A model generated the notes under the pieces. It ran no database searches, was not told the DNA's origin, and worked only from the letters and a program-made list of their open reading frames with translations. The position numbers were made by a program, and so were the translations under genes. A stretch of 64,000 bases of DNA from Piromyces finnis finn (taxonomy: Eukaryota; Fungi; Neocallimastigomycota): NCBI GenBank assembly GCA_002104945.1, contig MCFH01000073.1:62001-126000 (forward strand), read 5' to 3'. Of this stretch, positions 1 through 20,294 are shown piece after piece. Each line of letters starts with the position of its first letter. The stretch's first letter is position 1.

Positions 1-257
1 TTTTTAAAAATCCCTGAATACTTTACAAAAATGAAAGATAGATATCAAGATTTAGGATTCATGGGTGCTAGTATCGTAGCAAAGGTAATAAATTAAAAAT
101 ATATATATATATTAAATAAACTTTCATTTAATTTATATATACATATTAAATTTCTTAATATATAAATAAATAATAGCTCGTTTTCATGGATCAAAAGTTT
201 TATATAAGTAGAGATAATTACAATGAAAGTGGACCAACAATTGTAAACCTTAAATAA
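1..257 (+). CDS. ARP9: 3' end (last two exons, 1-84 and 177-257) of an actin-related protein, Arp9-like (SWI/SNF-RSC subunit)
   Basis: The spliced translation FLKIPEYFTKMKDRYQDLGFMGASIVAK|LVFMDQKFYISRDNYNESGPTIVNLK* has a GT-AG intron at 85-176. It matches the fungal Arp9 C-terminal pattern (K.PEYF..K ... F.GA.I.AK..F ... Y..R..YNE.GP) as recalled. Confidence 0.7.
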
Positions 258-643
258 TTTTTAATTTTTTCATTTTTATAGTCTAATATTTTTTTTAATA
301 AAATTGTATATTAACATTATCAATAAAATTTACCTAAATATTTATAAATATAATTTATTTATTATAATTTCTTTTAATAGTTTTTAATTTTTTACTTATC
401 ACTAAAAAACAATAACAAAAGCAAAAAAAATATTATTGAAATAGAAATTGAAAAAAAGGGAAAAAATAATATATATTTATAGGCGTTTAAAAGTTTATTT
501 ATTCTTTATATATCGTGTATAATACATTTTAATGAATTACTTTATATTAATTACATTAATTTGATTATATATTTTATTTATTATTATTACAATATAAAAT
601 ATATATTGTTATTTCTTTTTTTCTTTTCTTTTCTTTTCTTTTC

Positions 644-679
<36 letters not shown>

Positions 680-852
680 TTTTTTTTTTTTCATTTTTCT
701 TTCTTTATATAGTTATTTACTTTTAAGATACTGTTACTATTACTATTATTATATTATTATTATTATTATTTATTATTAATTTTTTTCTTTTTATTTATTT
801 ATTTTTTTTAAGTTTTTGTTAAATATGATGATTATAGATATATACTAATAGA

Positions 853-7636
<6,784 letters not shown>

Positions 7637-9733
7637 TTTGAAATAATTTTTTTATATTATAAAATCTTTTTTTTTTCGATAATTATACCTTATACAAATT
7701 TTTGTAATTACCGTATAATAATTATCTTTTTCTTTTATTATGGCGTTTACTATTATTTACGTTTTTATATTATTATATTATAAATAAATTTTAAATTGAT
7801 TATTTATCCATTAAAAATTTTAATTTATACTTTTAGTTTAACAATTGATAATAATAATAAAAAATGTATTTAATTTCAATAAGCTTTTGAATATTTGGTA
7901 TATTGCTTATAATAATAATTTTATTATGGACAATTGTATTATTTTTATTTGTATATGTGATTAAAAGAAGGGATTCATTTCATAATTCAAATGTTATTTT
8001 TTTTCTGGTTGCATTGTTTTGTATTGATAAGATAGATAGATATATGTATATGTATATGTATATGCATGTATGTATGTATATGAAAATATGTATATATATA
8101 TATATAAAGAGAAAGTATTAATACTAGAATATTATTTTATATAAATTATTTTTCCTTTGAATTTCAGCAATTCCAAAATAAATATAGTATTTATTACATA
8201 AAAAAAATAGTTTTATAATATTACAATTATTATATATATTTACTTAATTTAACAAATTTTTTTAAAAAAATATAAATATTATTTAATAAATATATAGATA
8301 AAATGTTATCTCTAAGTTCTTAAAAGTAATATTATTCAATCCAGATTCATTTAAATTTCAAATGATGGATAGTTTCTATGGTGTTATAATAACTAGTTAA
8401 CCAAACTTTTTTAAATTTTAATATTTTTTATATGTACATAAATATATTATAGAATAAATTAAAATAATAGAAAAATAAATACTTAATTAAAATGTTAAAT
8501 TTTTAATTTTTATCTATTGAAAGAAGAGAGAATAAATAAAATAAAAAAAAAAAAAGCTTTTTTAAATAGTATGAAAAGGCTTTAGTAATAAACATATACT
8601 ATTTTATAATAGGAAGACTCTTACAAAAAAAAAAAAAACATGAATTACAAAGAGAAAAAAAAATAGTATAAATAGTACTTTTTATTATGATTCAAAAGTA
8701 TTATTACAGAAAAGTAGTAAATGGAGAATCCTTAATTGAAATTATTAAATTAATTAATATACATATTATTTAATTAATATATGGTGAAACGTTACATCTA
8801 ATATATTATTAATATAAAGTGATTTAATTAAAAATTAAGAATTTGGTAAAAGGTTAATTTTTTAAAAGTTTAAAATTTTTATCTTTTTTTTTTTTTTTTG
8901 AAAATAGCTTTAAAAATATTTGTATATAAAGGTTATTTTTTTATCATTAGTTTTAGTTGATGATTTAAAATAAGTAATCATTATAATTTAACTATAATTT
9001 AATGTATATTACATCAAAAATAAAAAAAATAAAGGGATTTAAAAGAAATACCAATAATAGTAAATGGATTAAAAAACAATAAATATAATAACTTATATTA
9101 AAAATAAAAATAATAAAAAACTTTTCTATTTAAAAAATAAAATTATACTATATATCAAATAATACATTAATAGAAAACTTATTAGTTAAACATAGATAGA
9201 AATAAGTAATAAGTAATGATAATAATTACTAAACGCAAATTAACAATATATATAATTATAATAATAAAATATTTTTTATTTATTTTATTTTTACTTTATT
9301 ATTATTATTATTATTATTATTTTTTTTATTTCCTTCCTTGCTTTTTTATATTTTTTTTCTTTTTTTTTTTTGATTTTAAAATATCAAAAGATATTATTAT
9401 TATTTATATCATTTATTAGCTTTTTATATATTTTTTTTTTTTTTTTTTTTTTTTTAATATTTATTTATCATTTGAATTTTATAAAGTATGATATACAATA
9501 TTTATGAATTGATTAATTTATTATTATTATTATTATATATACTTAAATATACTCTTATACTTTAAAAATATAATAGTATTATGTTTAAATTTACATTTGA
9601 TAATTGAAATTATTTGTGTTTTTAAAGTATTTATATAATAATATATAATATATATGTATTTTTATATATTATATATTATATATTTATTTATATATTTTTT
9701 ATGAAAAAGTAATATTACGAGTTGATGCTTATA

Positions 9734-10142
9734 TTAGAGAGTAATTAATTTAGATGAACAATAACGACATGAAGAAAAATCGTATACATTTTCATTTATA
9801 ATATTATTAATGTTTTCAAATATTTCATTAGACTTTGAATTTTCAATTCTTTCACTAAGAACAGTAGGTGCTTTTGAATTATTTATTATTTTTAATTGAT
9901 CGATAGGATCAATATTATTATTTGAGTTGTTAACTTCGTCTCCTGATTTAATACCATTGTCAAACTTTATAAAGTTAACAGGCATGTTTTTAGTATCAGT
10001 TGTTAATTCTTTAATGTCATCAGTTGATACTTGTTTTCCTTCTTTTAAAAGAGTTATTTTTTCGATTAACTTTTTATTTTGTTCAATTAAAGATTTTCTT
10101 TCCTTATGGTATAACACTATATTTGTTTAGTTTTTTATATTA

Positions 10143-10197
<55 letters not shown>

Positions 10198-13006
10198 ATT
10201 TATATTATATTATGGAAATAATAATTATTTTGATGATTATTAAAAAATATAAATATAAAATAAACCTACGTATATAATCTGGAAGACTATCAACTTCACT
10301 CGAAAGCAAATCATTTATATGTAATTCGTGAGAAAGTTTAGACATTAGATGCTGCTTGTCTGCCTTTAAACTTTTAGTATTATTTTTCATTAATAGATTA
10401 TCAGCAATCATTTTTTCTAAATCTAATTCCAATTGTTGTTGACGTTTATTTAAATTATCATTTTCATTCATTAATCTTGTAAGTTCTTCTTGCATTGAAG
10501 CCATATGAGTAACATATTCATTATTTTTAAATTGTTCTTTTTTGATATCACTCATTGCTTTTTCGTAATTGGAATTAAGAGCACTTGATTTTTGTACTGC
10601 TTCTTGTTTTACATTTTCAATTTCTTCTAAAAGTTTATCTCTTACTAATTGTTGATCAGCTAATTTGTTTCTTAGTAATATGTTGGCTTCTTTCAATTTT
10701 TCAATACTATCATTTTCATTATTATTTGAAAATTCTGATTCTTTCATTGGACTAATAATTTTGTCCTCTATATTCTGAATGGATTGCTCATTATTTATAA
10801 CTGGTTTTTCTTCCATCACCTTATTTTCTTTAATACCACCGGATAGTGATTGATTTGAATTAGTGTTACTATTATTTTTGTTTAATGAAATTTGAGAGTT
10901 GCTATTCAACATTTCAATTTTTTTGATTTCTGTAAATTCTTTAAGACTTGATAATATAATGCTAAATGAATCACTAATCTCAGATATAGCTTCATTTAAT
11001 CTACCAATGTTATCATTTTTATGAAGTGTTTTAAATGGCTCAAGAATACTTACATGATCAAATGAATTGTCATCTTTAAGAATGGAATTTACCAAGTAGG
11101 AAGCTAGATTTTCCATTAATTTTATATATTTAAATAAATTAATTCTCATACTATTGATTTGCTGAGCATCTTCGTTCATTTCTTCAATTGTTTCGGTTTG
11201 TTCTTCAATAATTTCTTCTTTTTCTGCTCTTATATTTCTTTCAGTAGTTAATAATTCCTCTAAATTTTCGCATTTTTCGTTCATATCAAACATTATTTTT
11301 TCCATTCTTTCAATTTCCTTTTCCTTTTCTTCAAGTTTTAATTTAATTAAGTTAAATTCCTCTTGATCCTTCTTTTGTTCTTCTACATCCGTTTGATTTT
11401 TATTTAATTCACTTTCGTTTTCTTTTATTTTGATTTCTAAATCTTTTATTATACTAATTAATTGTTTAATTAACTCTAATGAATCATTTAGTGTATTGAC
11501 ATCGTATATATTAGTTAATATCGGCCTTAATAATTCATTATCGTTTTTAACCTGGCGTATATATTCTAATAAACTTTGAATAAATAGAGACGAATTAATG
11601 GAATCACTATAATCTTTTTCTTCTAATGATTTAATTTCTTCCTTTAATTCCTGATTTTCTTGGTCAAGTTTATTCCATTTATCCTTCCATTGTTCAATAG
11701 TATTTAAATTTGTTGATATTTCGAGCATAGCATCTTCTAATTTTTTTGTTTTATCTTCTATTTCATTGCTTAGTTTTGACAAATTTTCATTACTACTAAC
11801 CCTATCAACTTCTGCTTTTGAAGCCTTTGAAGATAATGATTTATTTTCATTTGTTAATTCCGTTATTATTGAAGTCTAATATTTGTAATTATAATATTTG
11901 AATTTAGAATATTTTTTATTGTATATTATTATTATTATATATATTTTTATATTTTTTATATACATAACGTTTTTGTATTGTTATACCTGATAATTAATTT
12001 TATCTAATAATTCTTTATTTTGGTTAATATACGAATCCAATTCCTTTTTTTCTTCAGTTATTTCCTTTTTTAATTATTTAGTAGTTAAAAATAATTTTAG
12101 TTTTTTTTGATGAATAATTATTATCTTAAATTTTTGGAAAATGCAATAAAATAATAAATACTTGATTTAATTTATTTAATTTTTCTTCTTCTAATTCGTT
12201 TTTTTTGATTTGTTCTAAATATTCATTTATTTTATCATCCTGCTTCTTTTTTTCAACTAGTATATATATATATATATACAAATAATTTAATTTATTGTTA
12301 AAAAGGTGTGTAATTTTTATAATTATTATTGTTATTATTCTTTTAATTTAAATATTTTTACATTTTAATTGTTCGATTTCATATAAAAGTTTGTCCCTTT
12401 CTGTAATTAAATCTGACTTTTCTTCAATTAAAAGTTGTATCATTTGTTGCTCAGCATTTTTTCCTACATTATTGAATAAAAATTTTTCATTTTAATTAAA
12501 TGAATAAAGTTTAAAATAATTGAAAATTATTTGAAATTGTTTAATAAAAAAAGCTTCTGTTTTTATGATAATAATATACACTTACCAGAATTCTTTTATA
12601 AATAAGAATATAAATATATGAATAATAAATTTTATATATTATTAAGATTGTGTTAGCCAATTTTAATTATTATTATGAAAGTAAATATATAAATATAATA
12701 AATAATTAATATATAAATTTATATTACATCTTCCTTAGAGTTATATTGTTTAATATTTTGTTTTGATAAGGATCGAGGAGAAATTAATGGAGAATTTATT
12801 GTTGAATTGACTTGACTGTTTTAGAAATTTATTATTTTTTTTAATAACTTTATATATAATCATTAAATTTAAATATTTTAATTTTACCTTTTTGCATCAT
12901 CTTCAGATATAATAGATATATTTGAATGAAGTTCACTATTAATTCTTTTTCTTTGATATCTCTGTAATTTCTTCCGAGCCTTTTCTAATTTTTCGTTTCT
13001 ATCCAT
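9734..13006 (-). CDS. Long coiled-coil golgin, GM130 (GOLGA2)/golgin-45-like; multi-exon including a 7-nt microexon
   Basis: ATG at 13006 gives MDRNEKLEKARKKLQRYQRKR, resembling the GM130 N-terminus RQSKLAAAKKKLREYQQ. The spliced junction VDSLPDYI|LLYHKERKSL resembles GM130 TIGEYIALYQSQRAVL. The C-terminus CRYCSSKLITL* resembles golgin-45 CNHCRGELIAL. ORFs 10205-11782 and 9734-10117 are internal and last exons. Confidence 0.75.
10144..10198. repeat. (TAAA)n microsatellite in the last golgin intron
   Basis: Visible tetranucleotide run. Confidence 0.9.
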
Positions 13007-13428
13007 TGATTATATTTAAATTCTTGATTGTGGATAAAAAAAACACATTTTGATTTAGTATATAATAGAAATTTAATATTAAATATACCGTTTCCATAAT
13101 TTTATAAGCATAGATAATAAACTTACTTAAAAAAAATACAGTAAAGTGTTATATTGGTAAATTAAACATTTATTAATTATGATTTTGTAACATTATTTTC
13201 TATTTTAAATTTTTAAATTACTATTAATAATTTTTATTTTATAAAGAAGAAATAATAAAAATACAAAAAATAAATCTTATATATTGTATATTATATACAA
13301 TACAATATACAATATATAATAATAATAAATGTATTAAAATAAATTATTATTTAAAATTTATTTTTTTTGGGTTCATATTATTGTATTTTTAAAGATAATA
13401 CACACATATACAAAATAAATTTAATAAA

Positions 13429-13645
13429 ATGGATTTAAATACAACAACATTAAAAGTTAAAAATATACCAAATTTCATTTTAAAAGACAAAAAAAAAACA
13501 GAGGAACTATTTAAACAATTTAGTGGAGTTGGTAATTTCATATAATTATTTTATTGTTTTTTATAATTATTTAACATATTCAATTTATAATAGATATAAG
13601 AACATTTTATAATTCCACCCAATATGTAAGCATTCTTTTTCTTTT

Positions 13646-13676
<31 letters not shown>

Positions 13677-15876
13677 ATTTTTTTTATTTCCTTATTTCCT
13701 TATTATTAATTTATAAGGAAAATATAATTTTTAATCACATTTTGAAATAAAATCAATGTCAGACAAGATAATTGAGTATACTTTTTTAAAAATTGAATTT
13801 CAGAATTTAAATTTCTAGTTTAGAAATAGAAGATTGTTAAAGACAATATTAATAAAGAAAAGAAAATATTATTAAATTACTTGAAAAAAAAAAAATAAAA
13901 TAAAAATATTATTTAAAATTATAATTATCAATGTGTTATTAAGGTTAACCTTTTTTTATTTAATAATTAAACAATTTATTTTATTTTATTTTATTTTTAT
14001 CATAGAATGGATATGCTTACGTAAATTTTCCAAATAGAGAATTAGCTTCATTAGCAAGTGTAAGAATTCAACAACTATCATTTGAACCAAATAAATATTT
14101 ATCTGTGGAATTTGCAATTCCAGATCAAGAAAAGATTAACAAGTAATTTTTCTTCTTCTTTTCCCTTTCCCTTATAATGTATATAAATTTACATTTCAAT
14201 ATTTATACTTTTATTAATATATAATTAAAACCATTTTAACTATAAAATAAATTATTAAAAATAGGAATCAGTCAATATTTTTTGGTAAAATTCCAACTTC
14301 AGAAAATAATTTAATATTGAATAATTCGAATAACAATTTCAATGAAATACCCAATTACAAAGTAATAGAACAAAATGAAACACCAAGTTCTATCGCTCCC
14401 GAATTAGGGTATATACTTATTTGATAATCATAAAAGATAAATTAGTTTTATAAAAGTAAATTTTAATGGAATTTATTAAATTCATTACTAATTTAAAATT
14501 AATTTAGAATTGATTATCCATCAATGCCAACTCTCAAGTATCAATATCCTCCACCTAATCCAGATATTATTATAAATATTATGAATGCTATTGTAGCGGT
14601 GCCAAAACTGTATATTCAAGTCATTCATTTAATGAATAAAATGAACCTTCCTCCACCATTTGGAGAAGCAACAAATATGACACCAATGGTATGCTATTAT
14701 TATTATATTATAAGTCAGGCCATTTAATAAGACATGAATGTAATGTAGTAATCATATTATATTATACATAAGCTCTATAATTACTTTTATAAAAATAAAA
14801 CAGAAGAATTAAAAAAAAGGAAAAAAAGAGAAACCTTATTGTCAAGTGATGAGTCAGAACTTGAATCCGATGATGATAAAAAAATCGAATTTCTAAAAAA
14901 AGGAAATATTGTTTTAAATGATCAGATAACAACTACATCTCACATTAATAAAAAACCTAAAATAATGGTAAACAAATAAAGAACTACATATAAAAATAGA
15001 AATTTACAATATTAATAAATATATGCTATGGTTTTAATATTAACAAATCTTATATGTTGTTTCAATAATACTTTTATATAACATTTTATTAATTTAAGAC
15101 TAATCAAAATGAAATACAAATAAAAATTAATTTGGATAATAAATTAACAGAAAAAAATAAAAATGAAATTGTTGATCGTAATGAAATTCCTTCTAAACCT
15201 CTAATATTAACAAACAATGATATTCCCTCTAATCCTCCAATATTAACAAATAATGATATTGTTAATTATGAACCAAATGAACATTGCATATCGTTAGATG
15301 AACTAAACAAAATGAAAATATCACAAGAAGAAATGGAAAAATTACCAGCATATCGTAATTACAAGGAAGGGGTTCCAAGGTATAAATTGTATAAATATTA
15401 ACTATTTTTAATAGTCATAATTTTTTTTAATTAAAATAAAAAAAAAAATGATAATTTTATCAATGATATTTAAAAATACATGAATGCTTCATTTTCAGTC
15501 GAACATTATTTTTAAAAAATATAAATGTAAAATTAACAAAAGAGAAGGATTTAGAGCATATTTTTGGTCGTTATTTGAGGGATGAAGAAATGAGTGAAAA
15601 ACTAAATATTCGTCTTATGGTATCAGGAAGAATGAAAGGGCAAGCTTTTGTAAAATTGCCAACAGTAGAAATGGCAACATTATTATTAAAGGAAGTACAT
15701 GGTTATATCTTAAATGACAAAGCAATAATTATTGTAAGTATCAAAATTTATTTTACCATTCTATCATATAAAATATAATAATAATATTATTATTTTATTG
15801 ACGAAACTTTTTTTTTTTTTTGATATTGAAAAACATTTTAATATATCTGTAGCAATATGGTAAATCCAATGACTAA
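13429..15876 (+). CDS. RNPC3: U11/U12 di-snRNP 65-kDa protein (RNPC3/RBM40), two RRMs; multi-exon
   Basis: Family-diagnostic LKYQYPPPNPDIIINIMNAIVAVPKLYIQVIHLMNKMNLPPPF. RRM1 RNP1 is NGYAYVNF. RRM2 reads YRNYKEGVPSRTLFLKN...DLEHIFGRY...IRLMVSGRMKGQAFVKLP...VHGYILNDKAIIIQYGKS. The junctions checked keep frame. Confidence 0.92.
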
Positions 15877-16348
15877 CTAATTAAACTATCTTTAAAAAAA
15901 TAATAATTAATAAAAATCAATAAAATCAAAATTGTGGAAGATTTATAATACCTCATTTTTATTCATCATTTACATTTTTTATGAAAACACGTGTTATTTT
16001 AAAAAGTATAATTTTAAAATTTAAGTTTAAAAAGTTTTTTTTTTTTTTACTTTTTCTTTTTATTTTCTTTCTTTTTTTTTATTAGTTTTTGTATTTTATT
16101 TTTATTGTTTTATTTTATTTTATTTTATTTTTTTTATTTTGAAGAGTTAAAGATTTCAATAATTTATTTCACGATTTTTCAATAATACTCTGGTACGTTG
16201 GTGAATATATATTATAAATATTAATTAGTTTAGAGTTTAAAAAGTTTTCCTTATTAAATAAAAAATATGTATATTTTTCCAATATATTTTTTTTAAATTT
16301 ATGGTAATATATAGTAGGAAAATTATTTATTGTTATAGATAGATCAAT

Positions 16349-19211
16349 ATGGCAATATCATCAAATCAAAATGCATCTGCACCTGCAGATAAAAATAGCA
16401 AGCAACCACAACCATTTGTTTTAGAAGTCGATGAAGAGGTAATATTTATTAATTATAAAATAATATATTTATGAATTTTGATAATAATAATTAATTTAAT
16501 ATTATGTGTTTCGGTCAATTTTAATTAATAAACTTTTCAAAATCATGAATTCTTATATGAATTTTTTATAATAATAAATAATTTAAAAAAAAATTGTATT
16601 AAATATAATAATGGTGTAGACTATGAAATTTAAAGCAGTAAATATTCCTATTTGTGATGCTGAAACTTTAATATCCCTTTTAGATTCAAATGATACAGCA
16701 GTATGTAGTATGGCTTTAGAATATTTAACAAAATTTGCCGAAATTTGTATGTATTTTTTTTTTATTAAATTAAAATTTTTTAAAAAAAATTATTTTTAGC
16801 ATCTCAAAAGAAGATATATTAATTAATATTATAATAAAACAAAACGAAATGTATTATAGCTCCACAGGAAAGACTAACTTTATTAGATTATAATATTCTT
16901 GACCATTTATGTACTTTGGTTAATTCTACTGATCCTAATATAAAAAAGAATGCATTTACATGTTTATCTATAACTACTGAATTAGGTAAGGAAATCAGTA
17001 AAATTCTAAATATATAAAACATAGTTTGTAATAACTTTACTTTTCTTGATGAATTAAAAAAAATTAAAGATGAACCACATGAAAAAATGAGAGATCATCA
17101 ATTCCTCGAATTATTATTAAATGTGTTAAAGAAAAAAGATGAACAAGTTGAAATCATTGAAGAAGCAGCATACACAATTGCAAATTTAGCAAGAGATTGT
17201 AATTATCATCATACTCATTATTATTATATGATATTACAATAATTTTCCTATTATTTTTTGAGAAATATAATAATTTATATTAAATATATATATATAAATG
17301 TATATATATATATATCAATTGAAAAAATAATATATAGTTTCTTGGAAAGCTGAGATAAGGAAATCCGGAGGTATAAAGCTTCTTGTTCCATTACTTGAAG
17401 TTCAAGATCCAGATATTAAAAAAAATGTTACTTATGCCATTTCATTACTTCTTGAAGATAGTAAATAAATATTCTTTATTTTATTACTATAAAAAATACA
17501 TAAAATTTATTTAATTATTATAAAAAAAAAGAATAATAAATTTATTATAGTTACTAATGATTTATTCATTAATAATAATATCTTTATTAAATTAAATCTA
17601 GTTGGTTGTAGAACAGAAATAAGATTAGTTGGTGGAATCCCATTATTAATAGAATTATTAAATACAGAGTATCCAGAAATTCTTGAAAATGTAATAACAT
17701 GTATCACAAAATGTGCCGAAGATTGTAAGTTTTTTTTTTTTTTACATATACAAAAGTTTGATCTTTTATTATATTAATTTTGAATATTCAAATTGTTATT
17801 AACTTTATTTACTATATAATATATGAACATTATATATATATATATGAATTATAGTCAGTAATAGAATTGAAATTAGAAAACATAATGGTGTAAAAAAAAT
17901 AATTGATCTTTTATTTAAAGAAAGTGTAGAATTATATCCATTAACTATTGAATGTATTGCAATATGCTTGGAAGATAGTAAGCAATAATAAGATTAAAAC
18001 TTTTTTTTTTGTCAATATAATTAAGGTTTCGAAATTTTAATAACATTTTTTAATTCAAATATAAAGATGAAACAAATTATAATATTTCAAATATGGGTGG
18101 TCTTACAATAATTGTAAAGTTCTTATCCTCAGAAGATGTTGTACTAAAAAGATTTGCCTCTCTTGCATTATCAAAAATTGCAAGAATAGGTAGTTATTAC
18201 AAAAATTAACCCTATAGTAATAATAATAATAATAGTTATCATTATTAATTAATATTTATGTATTTTGTTAATTTTGAAAGAACACAATCATAGCTTCATA
18301 AGAGATGAAGGTGCTATTCCAATCCTTGCCAATGATTTATCAAATCCAGATAATGATATTGTTATAACAACAGCAATGGCTATTGCAAAATTAGCTAAAC
18401 AAGGTATATTTATATTTTTATTAATTAATACTTTTAATAAATTAGATAAAGATAATATGTAATGTATATATTTAAATTATATGTATTTAATATTTTTTTT
18501 TACATATTTAAAAACTATAAAGAATTATTCCAAACCGAATTATATAAAGCAGGAGCTGTTGAAAAATTAATTAAACAACTTGAAAATGAGAATAATGAAG
18601 TTGTTTGTCAATGTCTTATAGCCTTAGCTTCATTCTCTGAAAATAGTAATGTTATTAAACTAAATAAATTTTATTATTTTTTTTATCAAGATTTCTAATG
18701 ATAAAAATAAAAAATAAAAATATATAGTTAAATTAAGAGCAAATATGAAGCAATTAAAGGCTACTATACCAACATTAAATTTACTTCTTTCTCAAGATAA
18801 TCAAGTTTTAATAAATGCATGTAACTGCTTAGATATATTTGCTAGAGATTGTAAATATAAATGCCAGTTCAATTAAATATTATATAAAAGTGTTATAATT
18901 ATTCATATATATATATATATATATATATTTTACTAATACTTAAATTGAATATATTTGAAATTTAAAATTACACATAGCGAATAATAGAGAAGAATTAATT
19001 GCTAATGGAATGGTAGAAAGATTAGTTGATATTTTAAGTAATGAAGATCCATCAGTTCAAAGTGTTGCTGTTTTAGCATTATCAAGATGCATGCAAGATA
19101 GTATATATTTGTTTTATTTTTTTTTAATTTAATAATAATATTCTTGATTATTAATATAAAGCTTTGAATTAAATGTATTTATACTAACGAATTCAATTAT
19201 CAATAATAAAA

Positions 19212-19243
<32 letters not shown>

Positions 19244-20294
19244 GGTATGGGTCGTCAAATATTAAATAAAATTCAAGGTATAAAAAAGATTATTGAACTT
19301 TTAGGATCAACAGATAATGATGTTTGTAGAAATACTTCTTGGACATTATCTAGTGCTGCTGTTCACAAAAGTATTGTTTTAGAGGCATGCCACATGGGAG
19401 TAATTGAGGCCTTATTAAAACTTACTCAATCCATATCAATTTCTAGTTTTGCTGATGACGCCTTGGGAAAAATATTAAAGCATCGTACGTAATTTATATA
19501 TATATATATTTAAATATATTATATTCCTATGGACATTCATTTTTTTAACTTTTTTTTTTTTTAATCCCTTCTTTTTTTTTATTTCATTTAAAAAAAAAGA
19601 TTTACCAGCAAAATATTGGTTAAATAATTCATTATCTCATGAAGATATTATTTCCAATGGTTTTTATGATTTAGGATATGCTGGTTCAAGAATAGGATTA
19701 AATGATGTGTTCCCAACCCTAAAAGAATTAAGTGAAATTACTATTGATAAGAAAAGAGAAATTCTTTTAATTGATATTGAAAATGATTCTAATTTGAGGG
19801 ATATGGTAGAAACCTTACAAATTAAATTTAAAGAAATTATGAATAAAGAATATAATAGAGATAAAGATTCATTTTCTGTTTCGGTTATTGAAGAAAAAAT
19901 CAGAGCAGTTGCTAATGCTGTTTGTGATGCCATGGGTGGACAAATTAATCCAGAAAAATTAGGAGACTTTGCCTATAAATTCTCAATTACAGAAAAGAAA
20001 ATGAATTTAAATAGTAATATTATTCCAATTGGTGAAATTTCTGCTGGTATATTTTATCATAGAGCCTTACTTTTCAAAGTATTAATGGACTTTTTAAATA
20101 TGACACCAATGATTCGTTGTACATTACATAGAAGTGGTTATAATCGTGCTTGGAATACATTAGAATTAATAGATGATGAATTAACTGAAAATCATAGAGA
20201 TGAAGGTGAAATGATTGTTGATTTAATGTTTAATCCTGGTGAATTATTAAAAGTTGGAACCGTTGAAGCTACAAATTATCAAAAACCAACTTAA
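16349..20294 (+). CDS. ARMC3: Armadillo-repeat protein 3 (ARM array plus C-terminal EDR1-like domain); cilium/flagellum-associated
   Basis: Successive ARM repeats (EIRKSGGIKLLVPLLEVQDPDIKKN, IRLVGGIPLLIELLNTEYPEI). The C-terminal region has IISNGFYDLG, HRALLFKVL, RSGYNRAWN and IVDLMFNPG.L, matching the ARMC3 architecture. Confidence 0.85.

Noticed and set aside
561-779. Short ORFs rich in F/L/I/Y (also 7903, 9216, 25305, 27313, 28355, 29083, 32086, 32412, 45380, 46006, 50696)
   Set aside because: Translations of poly-T, poly-A and microsatellite tracts, often from non-ATG starts; no coding signal.
13625-14005. Possible U11-binding splicing enhancer (USSE) or poison exon in the long RNPC3 intron or 3' region
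   Set aside because: No tandem RTATCCTT-like motifs were found.
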